Shown: positions 49,375-61,696 of the stretch, in pieces
How positions within the stretch are numbered: the stretch's first letter is position 1
Layout: each line of letters starts with the position of its first letter
Assembly: GCA_011109175.1 (NCBI GenBank)
Contig: RDEW01000072.1
Location: forward strand, 1-64,000
Direction of reading: 5' to 3'
DNA from: Dicyema japonicum
Lineage: Eukaryota > Animalia > Dicyemida
DNA: 64,000 nt
The notes under the pieces: generated by a model
What the model was told of the DNA's origin: nothing
Database searches by the model: none
The model's input: the letters and a program-made list of their open reading frames with translations, nothing else
Made by a program: the position numbers and the translations under genes

Positions 49375-50801
49375 CTTTAAGAGTTTGTCTACTACTTTTA
49401 GAGTTTAAGAGTTTGTCCCTGTGATTTGTTGATTGTCATTGCGAAACTCAACTTCAATGAAACTTGTAGTCTCTTAAATCTAAATGGTAATTCATCCGAA
49501 TTTATTGGAATTCTTGGAATATAAACGTCTTCTCTTTTATTTCGCCCCGTTAATATCGTTGCTTCTATAATATTAGACATCAAATTTTTTACTGCCAATC
49601 TTGTACCATTACATAACCTTGGAGATTCTAGATTTCGTAGTAGAACAACTGGCGCTCCTACTTTTAATTTTGAAGTATGATGAGGCATCCCTGACGGTTC
49701 TAAAGAATTTAGAAATTCACAGGATATTCACATGCTGATTCTTGATCCATAATTACATCAACAGATTTATAAACCGGGTAATTTAATAAGCAAGTCTAAG
49801 TTAATATTTTGTACTTCATCATTTATGGTGCTAGTATAGCTCTTTCCCGAAGCCAGTCGAAACGCGTGTAGTTTCCTGTAGATCTGGATACACAAAAGTC
49901 AATAAATTTTCTGGGCTGTGTACATTTATACTAATTCTTCAGGAAGTTGTACCTTTAAATCTTCTGAATTTTTTCGAGTGCTCCATTCCCTCCCTACATT
50001 TAAAAGTACCTTAGCAAAGGTATTCGTTTCTGACTTGTTTTGTGCATGAATATTTACATCTAAACTTAAGTCCACAAATACGATGATTTCACACATGCAT
50101 TTAATTCATCTGCTGTTTTATCTATTGTTAATTTTTGGTTATTTAAAGTTCTGTAAAAATGAGAGGCGTTTATTTTTTGTGAATATCTATAATGAGTAAT
50201 GTTGGAAATTCAAAATTTGCACAATTGGTAACTAATTAACATGATTTTTATTTTCAGAATGGCATGTATTATTCAGAAATGGTATTTATACATAAAACAT
50301 TGGTCAAATTAATAAATTTCTATTTTAAATCATAAAAAAATAATTTTTTTCAGCAGAATTTATATTACCTCATGAATATCCTATTTAAGTTTTTTTTTTA
50401 AATTTCAATTTTCTCAGTAACAGATCAATGGAAGAGGTCGAATCATCTTATTTTCCAATGAATCTCTTTTTAAACTTTTTTAGAATTTTAATTTTCTATG
50501 TGACCGATCTATTGAAGAGGTCGAATCATCTTATTTTGAAGTGAATCTCTTTTTTTAAAACTTTTTTAGAATTGTTAATGTTCTAAGGAATCGATCTAGT
50601 GAAAAACTCGAATCATCTTTTTTTCAATGAATCTTTTTTTAACTCTTTTTAGAATTTTATTTTTAATGGACTGATCTCTTGAAGACGTTGAATTATCTTA
50701 TTTTGCAATTATCTTTGGCATATCTTGTTTAGCTATATAAGTGCGCACGGCGACAGACAGACAGACAGACTGACAGACAACTTATTCTTTTATTATATAG
50801 A
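49375..50801 (-). mobile_element. Internally deleted Helitron (5' end plus PIF1-like helicase fragment)
   Basis: LRNLESPRLCNGTRL, IPRIP and FAMTINKSQGQT motifs. The 5' end A|TCTATATAATAAAAG at 50801 is followed by (GTCT)n. Confidence 0.85.
50424..50710. repeat. ~83-bp minisatellite (~3.4 copies) inside the Helitron
   Basis: GATC...GAAGAGGTCGAATCATCTT...TTTTTAGAATT units start at about 50424, 50506, 50593 and 50673. Confidence 0.8.
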
Positions 50802-50809
50802 TAGGTCCT

Positions 50810-51960
50810 TCCAAATAATTCCAACAAACGTTTTTCCAAAAATTACGGGGGAAACAAAAAAATCAACGGACCCTGGAGAAAATATTCTTCAGAAATAAGA
50901 AAAATAGTGATGATGGCGTTGCTGCATCATATAAACATCGCTTTACTTATCGCCAAGTCGGGGAAACCACACACAATTATGGAGGAACTGATAATCCCAT
51001 CAATTCATTAAGAACTGAAAACAGTAATGCACCAACCTTCCAAGAATATTAAGTCGATTTCGCTTAGCAACAATTCGATACAGAGACGTATTGATGATAT
51101 CGCTTTCGATGTTGAAAACGATCTTTGTTAAAAATACTGAAAAATACGGAATTCAGTCTACTGTTAGATGAGTCAATACTTTTTGGAAATGACACATTAT
51201 TGCTTGCATTTGTACGTTTTGTCAAGAATGGTTGAATTATGCAGGAATTACTTTTTGCTCGAAAGCATGAAACTGATACAAGCGGGAAATCAATGTTCGA
51301 CAAAGTGCATGAATTTCTCTGCCTTAAAGATATACAATTAACACATATAGTTGCATGTGCAACTGATGGGGCATTTTCAATGATTGGTCGCTATTACGGT
51401 TTTATGGCATACTTAAAACAACATGTACCAAATGTAATGACGATTCATTGTGTGATCCAACGACAGCTTTTGGTTGGTAAAAATACAAATGAGCGTCTAC
51501 ATGACTCTCTCAATACAGTTATTTCTGCTATTAAAAAAATAAATTAAATTCACGTCTTTTTCGAGAGCTATGTATTGAAAACGATGAAGATTCTATACGA
51601 CTATTAATACTATTAATACATAGCAGGGTGGCATAGTGGTTAGGTGTCGGGCTTAAGTAGCTTAGGCACATCTACGATGCCAAAAGGGCTTGACGATTGA
51701 CGACGTCATCAGTGGATACTCACTCGGAACTGGATTGTCTAAAAAAGACCCACACACAAGAAAAAGAATAAGTGAAAATCATTCCTTGTTCTACAATTAG
51801 TTAAAATTAACTTTCTTTACTTAAATAAAGTGTGAGTCTTGCCTATGCAAAGCTATAAATATTATGGCTCTCGTGAAAAGGCTATTATATTAATAATACA
51901 TACTAAAGTACGTTAGTTCTCAAAGAGAGATTGTTTGGCGCGGATTTTCTCTCTTTTCAG
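50810..51960 (+). mobile_element. hAT (Buster/SCAND3-like) transposase remnant interrupted by a SINE
   Basis: KSGKPHTIMEELI, LSNNSIQRRI, LLLDES, ATDGAFSM and IHCVI; LLIHTKVR*FSK is rejoined across the SINE. Confidence 0.85.
51623..51893 (+). mobile_element. tRNA-derived SINE lacking the B box, 9-bp TSD
   Basis: TSD TAATACATA at 51614-51622 and 51894-51902; A box and tail present. Confidence 0.88.
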
Positions 51961-52084
51961 CACCTATTAGAGTGGCATCATGTGATCCACCTGTCTAGGT
52001 GACGCCCAGTGCCAGGCCGGCACGAAAAAGGATCATTTGCTCTTCCCCACTACACTGGAGGAGTTTCAACAACTGTATGTAATG

Positions 52085-55082
52085 GACGTTAAATTTGAAC
52101 TTAATATAATTAAAAACCAAAAATCACCGACAAATTAATAACTACCGGCCGCGTCGAGTAGCCATCTCATTCTTGCTCGTGTTCTTCCCTGGTTCCAACG
52201 AATTTTCGGATTAGGCGGGGGTTTCTAATTGGAGGGTAGGTAAACTCCTGTTTTCCTCACTAGTTCTCAAAAGGTGTGGGTTTAGAGGAGTCCAAGAAAA
52301 CCATTGCAAAGCCTTACTGACCATTTTTTGGAAGGTATTGATTTTTTCAATATTCCTGTTTGATGACGTTGTCGATGTGCTTGCTGAAGGTCAAGAGTGG
52401 GTCGTAAGTTACGCACAGTATCTTGACCGAGTTGGTCGTGGGGATTGAGTTTTTATTTATGGTTACACATGGAGCGGAGTTTTCAATCTTCTGTTTGTTA
52501 TGAAAATTGTTGTATAAGACTTTTCGGGAATGTATGTAGAATGTTCTTAACGAGCCAACAGTTCATATCGTCCAATGAAGCTTGTATCCGGTAAACAGCA
52601 GTATTAACGCACCTGACTTTGACTGGGATGATTATATCATCCACACATGTCAGATCCAGAGTATCGTCATTTGTAAGGAAGGATATATCATTTAAGAATA
52701 GGTTGAATAGGTGTGGTGAAAGTGGAAATTTTTGAGGGACCCCATTTGGGAGGAAATTGGTCACTTATCTAGTTTTCCAGCAGTTACTATTCCACTTCTT
52801 CCATTTAAGAAATTTGCGATCCAGATTTTCAGGTAGTTTGGAATTTTTGACGTAGAGATCTTCCTTATCAAAAGCTTTCTTGGAGCAGTGTCGAAAGCTT
52901 TTTCTATATCGATGGAGCATAACAAAGACTTCTGATGAGGTTTGCGCTTTAGTCCATCCTGATGAAATTTGTAAGGCATGTAAGATGCGTTTCTGTAAAA
53001 TGTCCTTTTCTGAATCTGTGTTGAAAAAGTGCATCAGGAAAGTATGGTTTGACTCTTGACTATATTCTGTACGTTCTCCACAGAGTAGACAATAGGGGAG
53101 GTGGCTCTTTTAGGTTTTGAGGGCTAGGATGGACCTTCGAATTTCTTCTTTGGGATGAAACTCGTGGAGGAGTAGTACTTCATAATTTTGTTTCTTGTTT
53201 TCCATTTCATTACGTGTGGCCGGGTTGTCAGCGTTAATAAAGCTTCTTAGTGTTTTTCACATTTTTGTAGGGGAGTTCTGCTTGTTTAGATTGGACATGA
53301 GGTTTTTACAAACTTTCTGCTTTTTTGCATTGTTCCTGATCTCTCTTTCTAATGTACGAATTCTCAATCTTGTTTCCCAGGATTGTTTTTTGGAGGCTTT
53401 TTATGAATTTTCTTTCTTTTATGATTTGATCGGCTCTGGGGGAAGACGTATTTCTTGAGGTCAGTGGCCTTCTTTTAATATTAATTTTCATTTCTTCGCG
53501 TACCACTCTATTAAAATAGTGTAGTGCTTTATCGATGGAGTTGAAATTGAATAAATGAAAGTCAAGTTGATCATAGTCGACGAAATTTGAGAACTTTTGC
53601 TAGTCGACATTTTTTTTGTCAGTAAATAAAACAGGTTTCTATACAAATTGACACTCTTTCTTCAAACGTAATCATAACTGGATTATGTTCACTGTTGGTC
53701 TCGTATAGCACTGTCCATTTTGTTAATATTGCGATGTTTGATAAGACAAGAGTGAGATCGGTCATTCGCTCTGTGGGAGTCCTTGTATTGAATGTAGGGT
53801 TATCTAATATTATCTGGTCATCCAGATTTGATAACAATTGGTTTCCTCTGACATCCAGCACACCCGTAAATTAGAGACGGTTGAATATACTGCATGTAGT
53901 GCGAGTCCAAATTTGAGTTGAAACACCCATTATCAAGAAATGTTTTAACAAAATTTATCTTTCGTTGTGCCGAAGAGATGACGTTGTCGATGTGCTTGCT
54001 GAAAATCAAAAGTGGGTCGTAAGTTACGCACAGTATCTTGACCCAGTTGGTCGTGGGGATTGAGTTTTTATTTATGGTTACACATATAGCGGAGTTTTCA
54101 ATCTTCTGTTTGTTATGAAAATTGTTGTATAAGACTTTTCGGGAATGTATGTAGAATGTTCTTAACGAGCCAACAGTTCATATCGTCCGATGAAGCTTGT
54201 ATCCGGTAAACAGCAGTATTAACGCACTTGACTTTGACTGCGATGATTATATCATCCGCATATGTCAGAACCATAGTATCGTCATTTGTAAGGGAGGACA
54301 TATCATTTAAGAATAGGTTGAATAGGTGTGGTGAAAGTGGAGATTTTTGAGGGACCCCATTTGGAAGGAACTTGGTCACTTATCTAGTTTTCCAGCAGTT
54401 ACTATTCCTCTTCTTCCATTTAAGAAATTTGCGATCCAGATTTTCAGGTAGTTTGTAATTTTTGACGTAGACATCTTCCTTATCAAAAGCTTTCTTGGAG
54501 CAGTGTCGAAAGCTTTTTCTATATCGATGGAGCATAACAAAGACTTCTGATGAGGTTTGCGCTTTAGTCCATCCTAGATAAAATTTGTAGGGAATTTAAA
54601 ATGCGTTTCTGTGGAGTTTCCTTTTCTGAATCCGTGTTGAAAAAGTGCATCAGGAAGGTATGGTTTGACCCTTGACCATATTCTGTACGTTCTCCACAGA
54701 GAGGACAATCGGGGAGGTGGCTCTTTCAGGTTTTGAGGGCTAGGATGGATGGATTTTCGAATTTCTTCTGTGGGATGAAACTCGTGGAGGAGTAGTAGTT
54801 CATAATTTTGTTCTTGTTTTCCATTTCATTACGTGTGGCCGGGTTGTCAGCGTTAATAAAGCTTCTAAGTGTTTTTCACATTTTTGTAGGGGAGTTCTGC
54901 TTGTTTAGATTGGACATGAGGTTTTTACAAACTTTCTCTTGCTTTTTTGCATTGTTCCTGATCTCTCTTTCTAATGTACGATTCTCAATCTTGTTTCCCA
55001 GGATTGTTTTTGGAGGCTTTTTAGGTAATTTCTTTCTTTTATGATTTGATCGGCTCTCGGGGAAGACGTATTTCTTGAGGTC
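52085..55082 (-). repeat. LINE-derived tandem repeat, locus 1 (unit ~1615 bp) plus LINE 3' remnant
   Basis: GATGACGTTGTCGATGTGC recurs at 52362 and 53977. The unit contains APE C-terminal, linker and RT peptides (DIEKAFD, NGVPQ, LTYADD). Confidence 0.9.
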
Positions 55083-55184
55083 AAAATGACGTTAAAACCA
55101 CATGACGTTAAAATTTCACTTAATGTGAAAATATAATTTGCTGATATTAATTTAATCAATGTATTATTTTTTAAAATTAATTTC

Positions 55185-55847
55185 GACAAAGTCACTTATT
55201 TCTGCTATTATGTCGAATTGACCTTTATTTTGTAGGAACAGGAAAGAATTACTCCAATTTCCACGTCTCAACGGTCTTAAAGACTTTCTTTCTGAAGATA
55301 AATTCGAAATTTATATTGAACATTTGATCACTCTTCAATAAGATATGAAGGGACGTTTCAAAGATTTATGTCAACTCAAAGTTCCAGATTGGGTAATAGA
55401 CGCCTTTCAGAATGTAGATGACTTTGAATCTTGTAGTCAAGAAGAACTAATTATGTTAAAAATACGATTTTGAAATTAAACCCACTTATAAACACTTGTC
55501 GTTTCAAGATTTTTGGTTACAAAAAGATATTCCTGAAAAATTTTTATGGAAAAAATCAAAATTGTTTTTTATTGCTTTCCCTACTTCTTATTTTATTGAG
55601 AGAGGCTTCTTACCAAAAAGAGAATCCGCTTGGACATTGTTGAAAGAGGAGATCTACGAATTAGGCTTACAAACATGAACTTAAATATTGAGTATCTTGT
55701 GTCTAACTTTTTGCAACATCATTTTTCAGATTAATTATTAATTTTTTTTTATTTCCAACTCGTTACCATATAGGTTTCCCCGGTGGGCGATATTTTTTAA
55801 AAATTTGTTAAAGGGAACGATGACCTGAATATGTTTGGGAACCCTTG
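55185..55847 (+). mobile_element. hAT transposon 3' end
   Basis: FKDLCQLKVPDWV, FW, AFPTSYFIERGF and GDLRIRLT; terminus TTTGGGAACCCTTG. Confidence 0.75.
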
Positions 55848-56129
55848 GACTACATCGTCCGCAGTGGAACGATCATTTTCGATTCTTAACAAAATCTTAT
55901 CCAAGGATAGGAATTTTAAACCGGATAATGTAAAATATTATTAATTGTGAATAACTCGATAAACGATGATTAAAATTACTTTAAATTTTCATAAGCGTAG
56001 TTTATATATGAAAATAAAGTTGTCACTAATATTTTTAGGTCAATTTTTAAAATTTTAAGATCATTAAATTGACTTTTTAAAGTCAATTTTTATTTTTTTA
56101 GTCAATAAAAATGTTGCCCTACTTATTAC

Positions 56130-57200
56130 TAACCATTGTTGGAGAAAACAGCAAAGACCTCTCTAGAAGACCTAAAGATAGCAATAAGAGCTGTCAAGAA
56201 TAAAGCTCCGGGTAGTGATTTCATCAAATATTGGATGTTCAAAGAAGGCTTAGAAATTTTATTCGTAGTTCTCAAAGATATGTTCAACGCATGCATCAAA
56301 ATTAGTCATGTTCCACACGAATGAAAGAAGACTATTGTACGGATGGTAGCGAAGACAGAGAGACCGAAGAATGATCCTGCTAACTACCGTCCGATCAGTC
56401 TAATTCGGTCAATTTCTAAAATTATGGAAAAATTGTCTTCTGGAAAAATAAGACAGTTGAAAAAAAGACTATCTCAGGAATGATCAATTGGATTTTCTCC
56501 CAACACGGTCATGCGGTGATTGCTTATTTCATCTCAACTCCGAGTTATGCAAAGCCAGAGAATCCAAATGTTTCCTGAATGCCATATGTCTCGAAATGTT
56601 TCCTGTATATTAACCACGGAGCCATAATCGGTCAGTTATCTCGGATGGGAAACCCAAAAGAACTAGTGAATTGGGTGAAAGTGTACCTAAAGGAAGAAAC
56701 TCCTATGTTAGATTCGGACGCTATTTTTTAAATATGATATTATTGAAGAGAGGAATCCCACAAGGATCAATTTTGAGCCCTCTATTGTTTAATGTTCTAA
56801 TGGCCAGTTTCCCGTCTCCGAGTACACAAAGTACGAGATAACTGATATATGCAGACCACGTCCAACTGTCTGATGTATCGAAATCGAGCATGGTCTCAGA
56901 GAGGAGACTTAATGTGTACATGGAAGAGATAAAAGACTGGTGCGATCTTCATTGGTTAAAACTGTCAGAAAAAAGATCTAACGCAACGAGGTTCTTCTGT
57001 TGGAATGGTAAAAAAATAAAAAAGGCTCCGTATGCGGAATCAACATTGTGAGCTCCCTGAAGTATCTCGGAATAGCTTTTGAGAAATTTGTGAGCATATT
57101 GTGCGATTTAAATTCAAGAGGTCGTAGGAGATCTTGTGCAATCAAAAAAGACATTATTTGTCAAGTGGTAGATGACTGCAATGCGCTCAAAATAGTGTGA
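56130..57200 (+). mobile_element. Degenerate LINE RT segment
   Basis: KAPGSD, NYRPISLI, GIPQGSILSPLLFN, IYADHV and KYLGI motifs. Confidence 0.8.
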
Positions 57201-58024
57201 AAAGTTCATAGATATAAAGGGATTCCTGGATTCAATACTGTCGTGGAAAAATGTTTCAAGACAATTCTGAAGCATATAGTAAAAGTTTTTTGTCTCTAAT
57301 TTTACTAAAGATGAGCTCGAATTTAATTTTTCGAGGGTCAATTTGAATTCACACCTGTGGAGATCCTGTCACGATTATTGAAAAATTTGGTACTTCCTCC
57401 TTTTTAAATCTTCAACAGTGCTCGCTTCGGAAATCGCAAGAAATTACAAGACTGACTAGTTTTCTAGCCGATCTCCGTTGAGACGTCTAACATTATTCAC
57501 TCTAGCACGTCTGAGTTTATCAGGTCAATCGTACGGCTTGCGGAAAAGCGGAAGGGTGAACCTAGAATGACGCGATGGTTTTTCCAGAACGTTGGGCTTA
57601 CGATTATAAGAGGTAGCTCCCATTGCGTATTTCCATATTGTTTTTGAGACATTACCAGCACTTAAAAACTAGAAAATGCAGACGACCTAGACTTCATCCG
57701 AAAAATCGCCTTCTCAAGGAAAGCGTGGAGGAATCTAACGTGAAAAATTGTCCACGGTGTTGCAGAAGCGACTAGATAACTTTCTTTTAGTTGCGTTTTG
57801 CAAAATAATAACTCCCATTACGTTATCAATGCCTCCAGGCCATAATGAACAAATAACCGACAAATAATTGCAAAATTGGAAAACAATTTTATCAATGTTG
57901 ACAATCTGCGAAGAAAATTCATTCTATATGGCTTAAAAAGAGATAACAAAGATTACTTGACCTAAACTGGGAAATAAAGCTTCAAAACACACAAAAAATA
58001 AAAAATCCATCATATAAATAACTC

Positions 58025-59180
58025 TTAGTCAATTGTTACAGAGTACAGGAACTGTTCAAGAATTGAGTAGTATTTCAAAGCGTCATTACGAAATGAGGAG
58101 TCTTCGTTCTAAGAAAGTTAACAAGAAAATCATATACACAAATCTTCAGCACAGAAACTGAACCGGCGATGCTAGTTGAGCAGTGATACTTGGCGGAAAA
58201 GTCCCATGTGTCAACATTCTTATCTACAGACAAATATTTGAGCATCTGAGCAGCGTTCTCAGGAGACATCGTCAACTCAGGAACTAGAGGTCTCATCTGC
58301 TCACAACCAATCCCTTACCAAGCACAGAATAGGATGGAAAAGGGACCAAAATGACATTGGCATTATTCCCAAGGTCATCGGCGTCACAACCATTCCAGGA
58401 TTTCCAACAACAGAAAATATGTTCTAAGAATGCGATTCAGTGAAAAACCAACATGGGATTCACGGAAATGCAAGTTAATAGCGGTACTCAATAGGTCCAC
58501 GGCATATTTGGAGGCGGAGTACGGTTGTCGGCTGAAAATATTACTTAAACCAACGTGTTTTCAAATTGGATGTCGTTGAAAGCAAATTCACTTTTGTTGG
58601 CATTCGAAGAAGATGTCCAGACTATTCTCGAAAGTTCATCTCCTCCCATGAGATCCACAAGGGAAAGGATTAGCTGAAAATGACCAAAAACGTTTGTGGC
58701 AAAAATCTCCCGCATACCGTCGGATGTTAACCGGTCTTCCTGACAGAGGAGACCGTGGCCAGTCGAAAACATGTTAAAAACGTCACTTTTTAATAAAATA
58801 GAGTTACCGAGAAAATAAAGTTTTAAAAAAGTAGCTCCATACAACATGACAAGTTCCCATGACTCCGGCGTTACAAATAAGAACATCCACGTGCCCAAGT
58901 CTAGGGAATGATCATAAGATACTTTTGCTTTATTTCCTGAGATGCTTTCAGAATTGAATTAAGTGAACTAATATCCATTAAAATGAGATCAAAGTAGCAG
59001 TTTGTAAATTTTTCTTTTAACGAATTGAGGGCCTGGAGACCACGAGCCTCATTTCTGCAAGCCAATATTAAATGCAAAGGAGAGCATGTATCAGAAAGAA
59101 GTTCTGCAGTTGAATAACCAATTCCACTTAATTTTAATTAATTTACTTTACCTGTTTGCTCCTGTTATTACTACCCTCAT
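58025..59180 (-). CDS. HSD17B7: 3-ketosteroid reductase / 17-beta-HSD7-like SDR, 327 aa, 8 exons
   Basis: Introns at 59151-59127, 58922-58901, 58807-58786, 58554-58532, 58452-58424, 58318-58297 and 58137-58109 (25, 22, 22, 23, 29, 22, 29 nt); 984 nt in frame. Motifs TGANSGIG, LACRN, NAGVM, TSDGMREIFATNVFGHF, VWTSS and catalytic YSASK. The last intron is the least certain. Confidence 0.92.
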
Positions 59181-59284
59181 TAAAAACGCACTTTGAAATG
59201 ACATTTATTTATTTAAATTTATTAAATAACTCTAAATCATAAATTAAGTATATATTGTAGCTATTATATTTCTACCATCCTACC

Positions 59285-59900
59285 CTAGTTAGTTAGTTAG
59301 TTAAGTAACCCCAGCCTCACTAACTTGTAGAAGGCCAGCAGCTATTAAGTAGGACGCAGCAGATGTTGGTCTTTTTCATAGATCGGTCAGTTCCGGCATT
59401 GTGGAGAAACGCCAATTCATGACATTGAAATAGGTGATTTGTTGTAAGCACGTGGAGCTTTCAAAAGGGGCAGAGTATATCATATATGGGTGGTGCCCAC
59501 ATCGTAGACGAGACAGGTCTACTGTATGAATATTTTCGATAATTTCCTTAGTGAAAGAATTGAATTATGGTCCGAGTGTAGGTCATATACAATTCTCTCA
59601 AGATATCGCCGAAGATAGTGATGGAGAACATAGTGTGAGGTCAGGTGATGTATTAGAGTGTCCAGATCTGGAAACTGTTCGAGTGTGTGATTTCCTGTCA
59701 TTGAGGATAACTAATTGTTCTAGTTGAGAGAGGACTTGAAACCCCCTCTCGTTACTCTTTTAACAATTGAGTAGTCTTTGTAGTGTGGAAGCGATGAGTT
59801 TCTTAATAGTTTCGTTTCCTGTAGCATGGCAATATTAATTTTTGTGGGAAGTAGAAATGCAAACGTTCATTTGATTTGTGTGTGAGGCCGTTTATGTTGA
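59285..59900 (-). mobile_element. LINE debris (APE pieces; (ACTA)n tail)
   Basis: HSDHNSIL peptide; (TTAG)n at ~59286-59302. Confidence 0.55.
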
Positions 59901-60399
59901 ATTGCATGATATTGAGAAATTTCCCGTTCTTATAGGGGCCGGGATTCTGTTCGATGTCCCCAGCAAGGATTAGGAGTAGCCAATCCGATCTTTGGGAGCG
60001 AAAGCTACGCGCCGCTCAATAGCCGCCATCATCCAGTCCGAATTCCCAGAGGTCGTTGAAAAAGCTGACAGGGGAATAATTGTGGTTCTTTTAGTTGCCA
60101 GAATAATTGTGGTTCTTTTAGTTGATGCTGGTATCCAATTTTCTCCGCGTGAAGGTGAACCACATCGAAAACTGACCAACTAACTACCCTCATCAATTCA
60201 ATGTCGAAGTCTTCATTACAAAGGAATGGCCGCGGATTCTTCAGGTTCTGCTAAAAACAAGATAATCCACTATATTCAGCTGTGGTGCTATCTGAAAATG
60301 AACTAACTTTCCTCAGACATCCGTCTCCCATCGAAATCCTGTGTAGTCACAAGCGCTGACACTTCCTGGGAGGTGGTGCCTCATCTACCCGGAAGAAAC

Positions 60400-61695
60400 C
60401 CCTAGCCCACCGCAAGAAACGGACCACGGTTCTACAACTAAATGTCAACGGAGTAAGGGGAAAATATTGGAAATGCGCTCTCTCCTGGTGGAACTGAAGA
60501 TCGACGTGGCTTTGATTCAAGAGACGAAATTTCCTATAAACTGTCCTACCCAGGTGTTCCCTGGATACAAGTCAATACGGACTGACCAGAAGGGGAAGCA
60601 GGGTGGTGGCCTAATCATTTTATATCGGAAAGACCTTAAATGTGTGGACATCACTTTAGTGGCGAAGAATATCTTGGGAGACGATAATGTTACTGAAGTC
60701 AATGCAGTCTCACTTGGAACAATGTGCCCCCACTTGGTTCTTGGTCGAATTTATCTACTTTGGATTCCTTGAACGATGTGATCATTGGTGGGATATCAAC
60801 GCCAAACACCCTCTATAGCTGGAAGTCAACCGTCCGATTCAAGAAGAAGAGTAATACTTTCGCAGACATGACCTTTCACGGTCATGAATGACCCGTCGAA
60901 ACATACGAGAACCCCCTTCAGGGAGTCAGACCAACTAACTTCTCCAGACATCACGCTTTGTTCTCCCAGCCTGGCGGCAATATCAACCTGGTCAGTCACT
61001 TACAATTCAATAAGTGATCACAATACTATCCTTTCGAAGATCAAGAGAGAAACGTTAACTAGGATGAGGTCCTCAGAACAATTCAACTACAAACGAGCAT
61101 AATGAATACTTTACCGTACACATACTGACAACCTACTGTAGTACCTGGATGACATTACGTCCTTGTAAAAAGTAGTCGCTTATATTAAGTCGCAATATCT
61201 TGGATGCGAGATCATATCTGTACCTAAACACCACCCTAACTACGCCAGGGGATATGGCAGGGCGGCATTAATCAAGTAAAAAACGAACTCAAAAAGTCTG
61301 GCCGATTAACTATTGAAGATATGCTTAGATGGAACTAAAAAACAAGGAGGTAAAAGCACAAATATCGAGATGTAAGCATGTGTTCTCCTCGTTGAATAGA
61401 AATAGGCCCACTACTGAAATTTGGAAGACCATCTGAGACGCCTCAATAGATGATGAAAGATCGTTAGGTGGATCACAGCCAAAATGACTTAAATAACTTA
61501 ATAAAATACAACGTACAATATGTGTAAATATCCATAAGGACCATACGAAGTCGGATGTACCCCCGAAATATCTCAGTAAACCGAAAAAGGAACAGGATGT
61601 GATTCACTTCACTGAAAACGACGTGAGAAATGTATTTAAACCCATTAAAACAACCTATTCTAATGGACCAGATAAGAAACAAAATGATCTTTTGC
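60400..61695 (+). mobile_element. Degenerate LINE 5' part (APE, linker)
   Basis: LQLNVNGVRG, DVALIQETK, GGGLIIL, SPDITL and SDHNTI motifs. Confidence 0.8.
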
Positions 61696-61696
61696 A

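Noticed and set aside
57250-57800. Possible coding island downstream of HSD17B7
   Set aside because: Several short open frames on the plus strand but no consistent splice model or recognisable motif.
60076-60125. 27-bp local duplication AATAATTGTGGTTCTTTTAGTTG
   Set aside because: A simple slippage duplication inside LINE debris.
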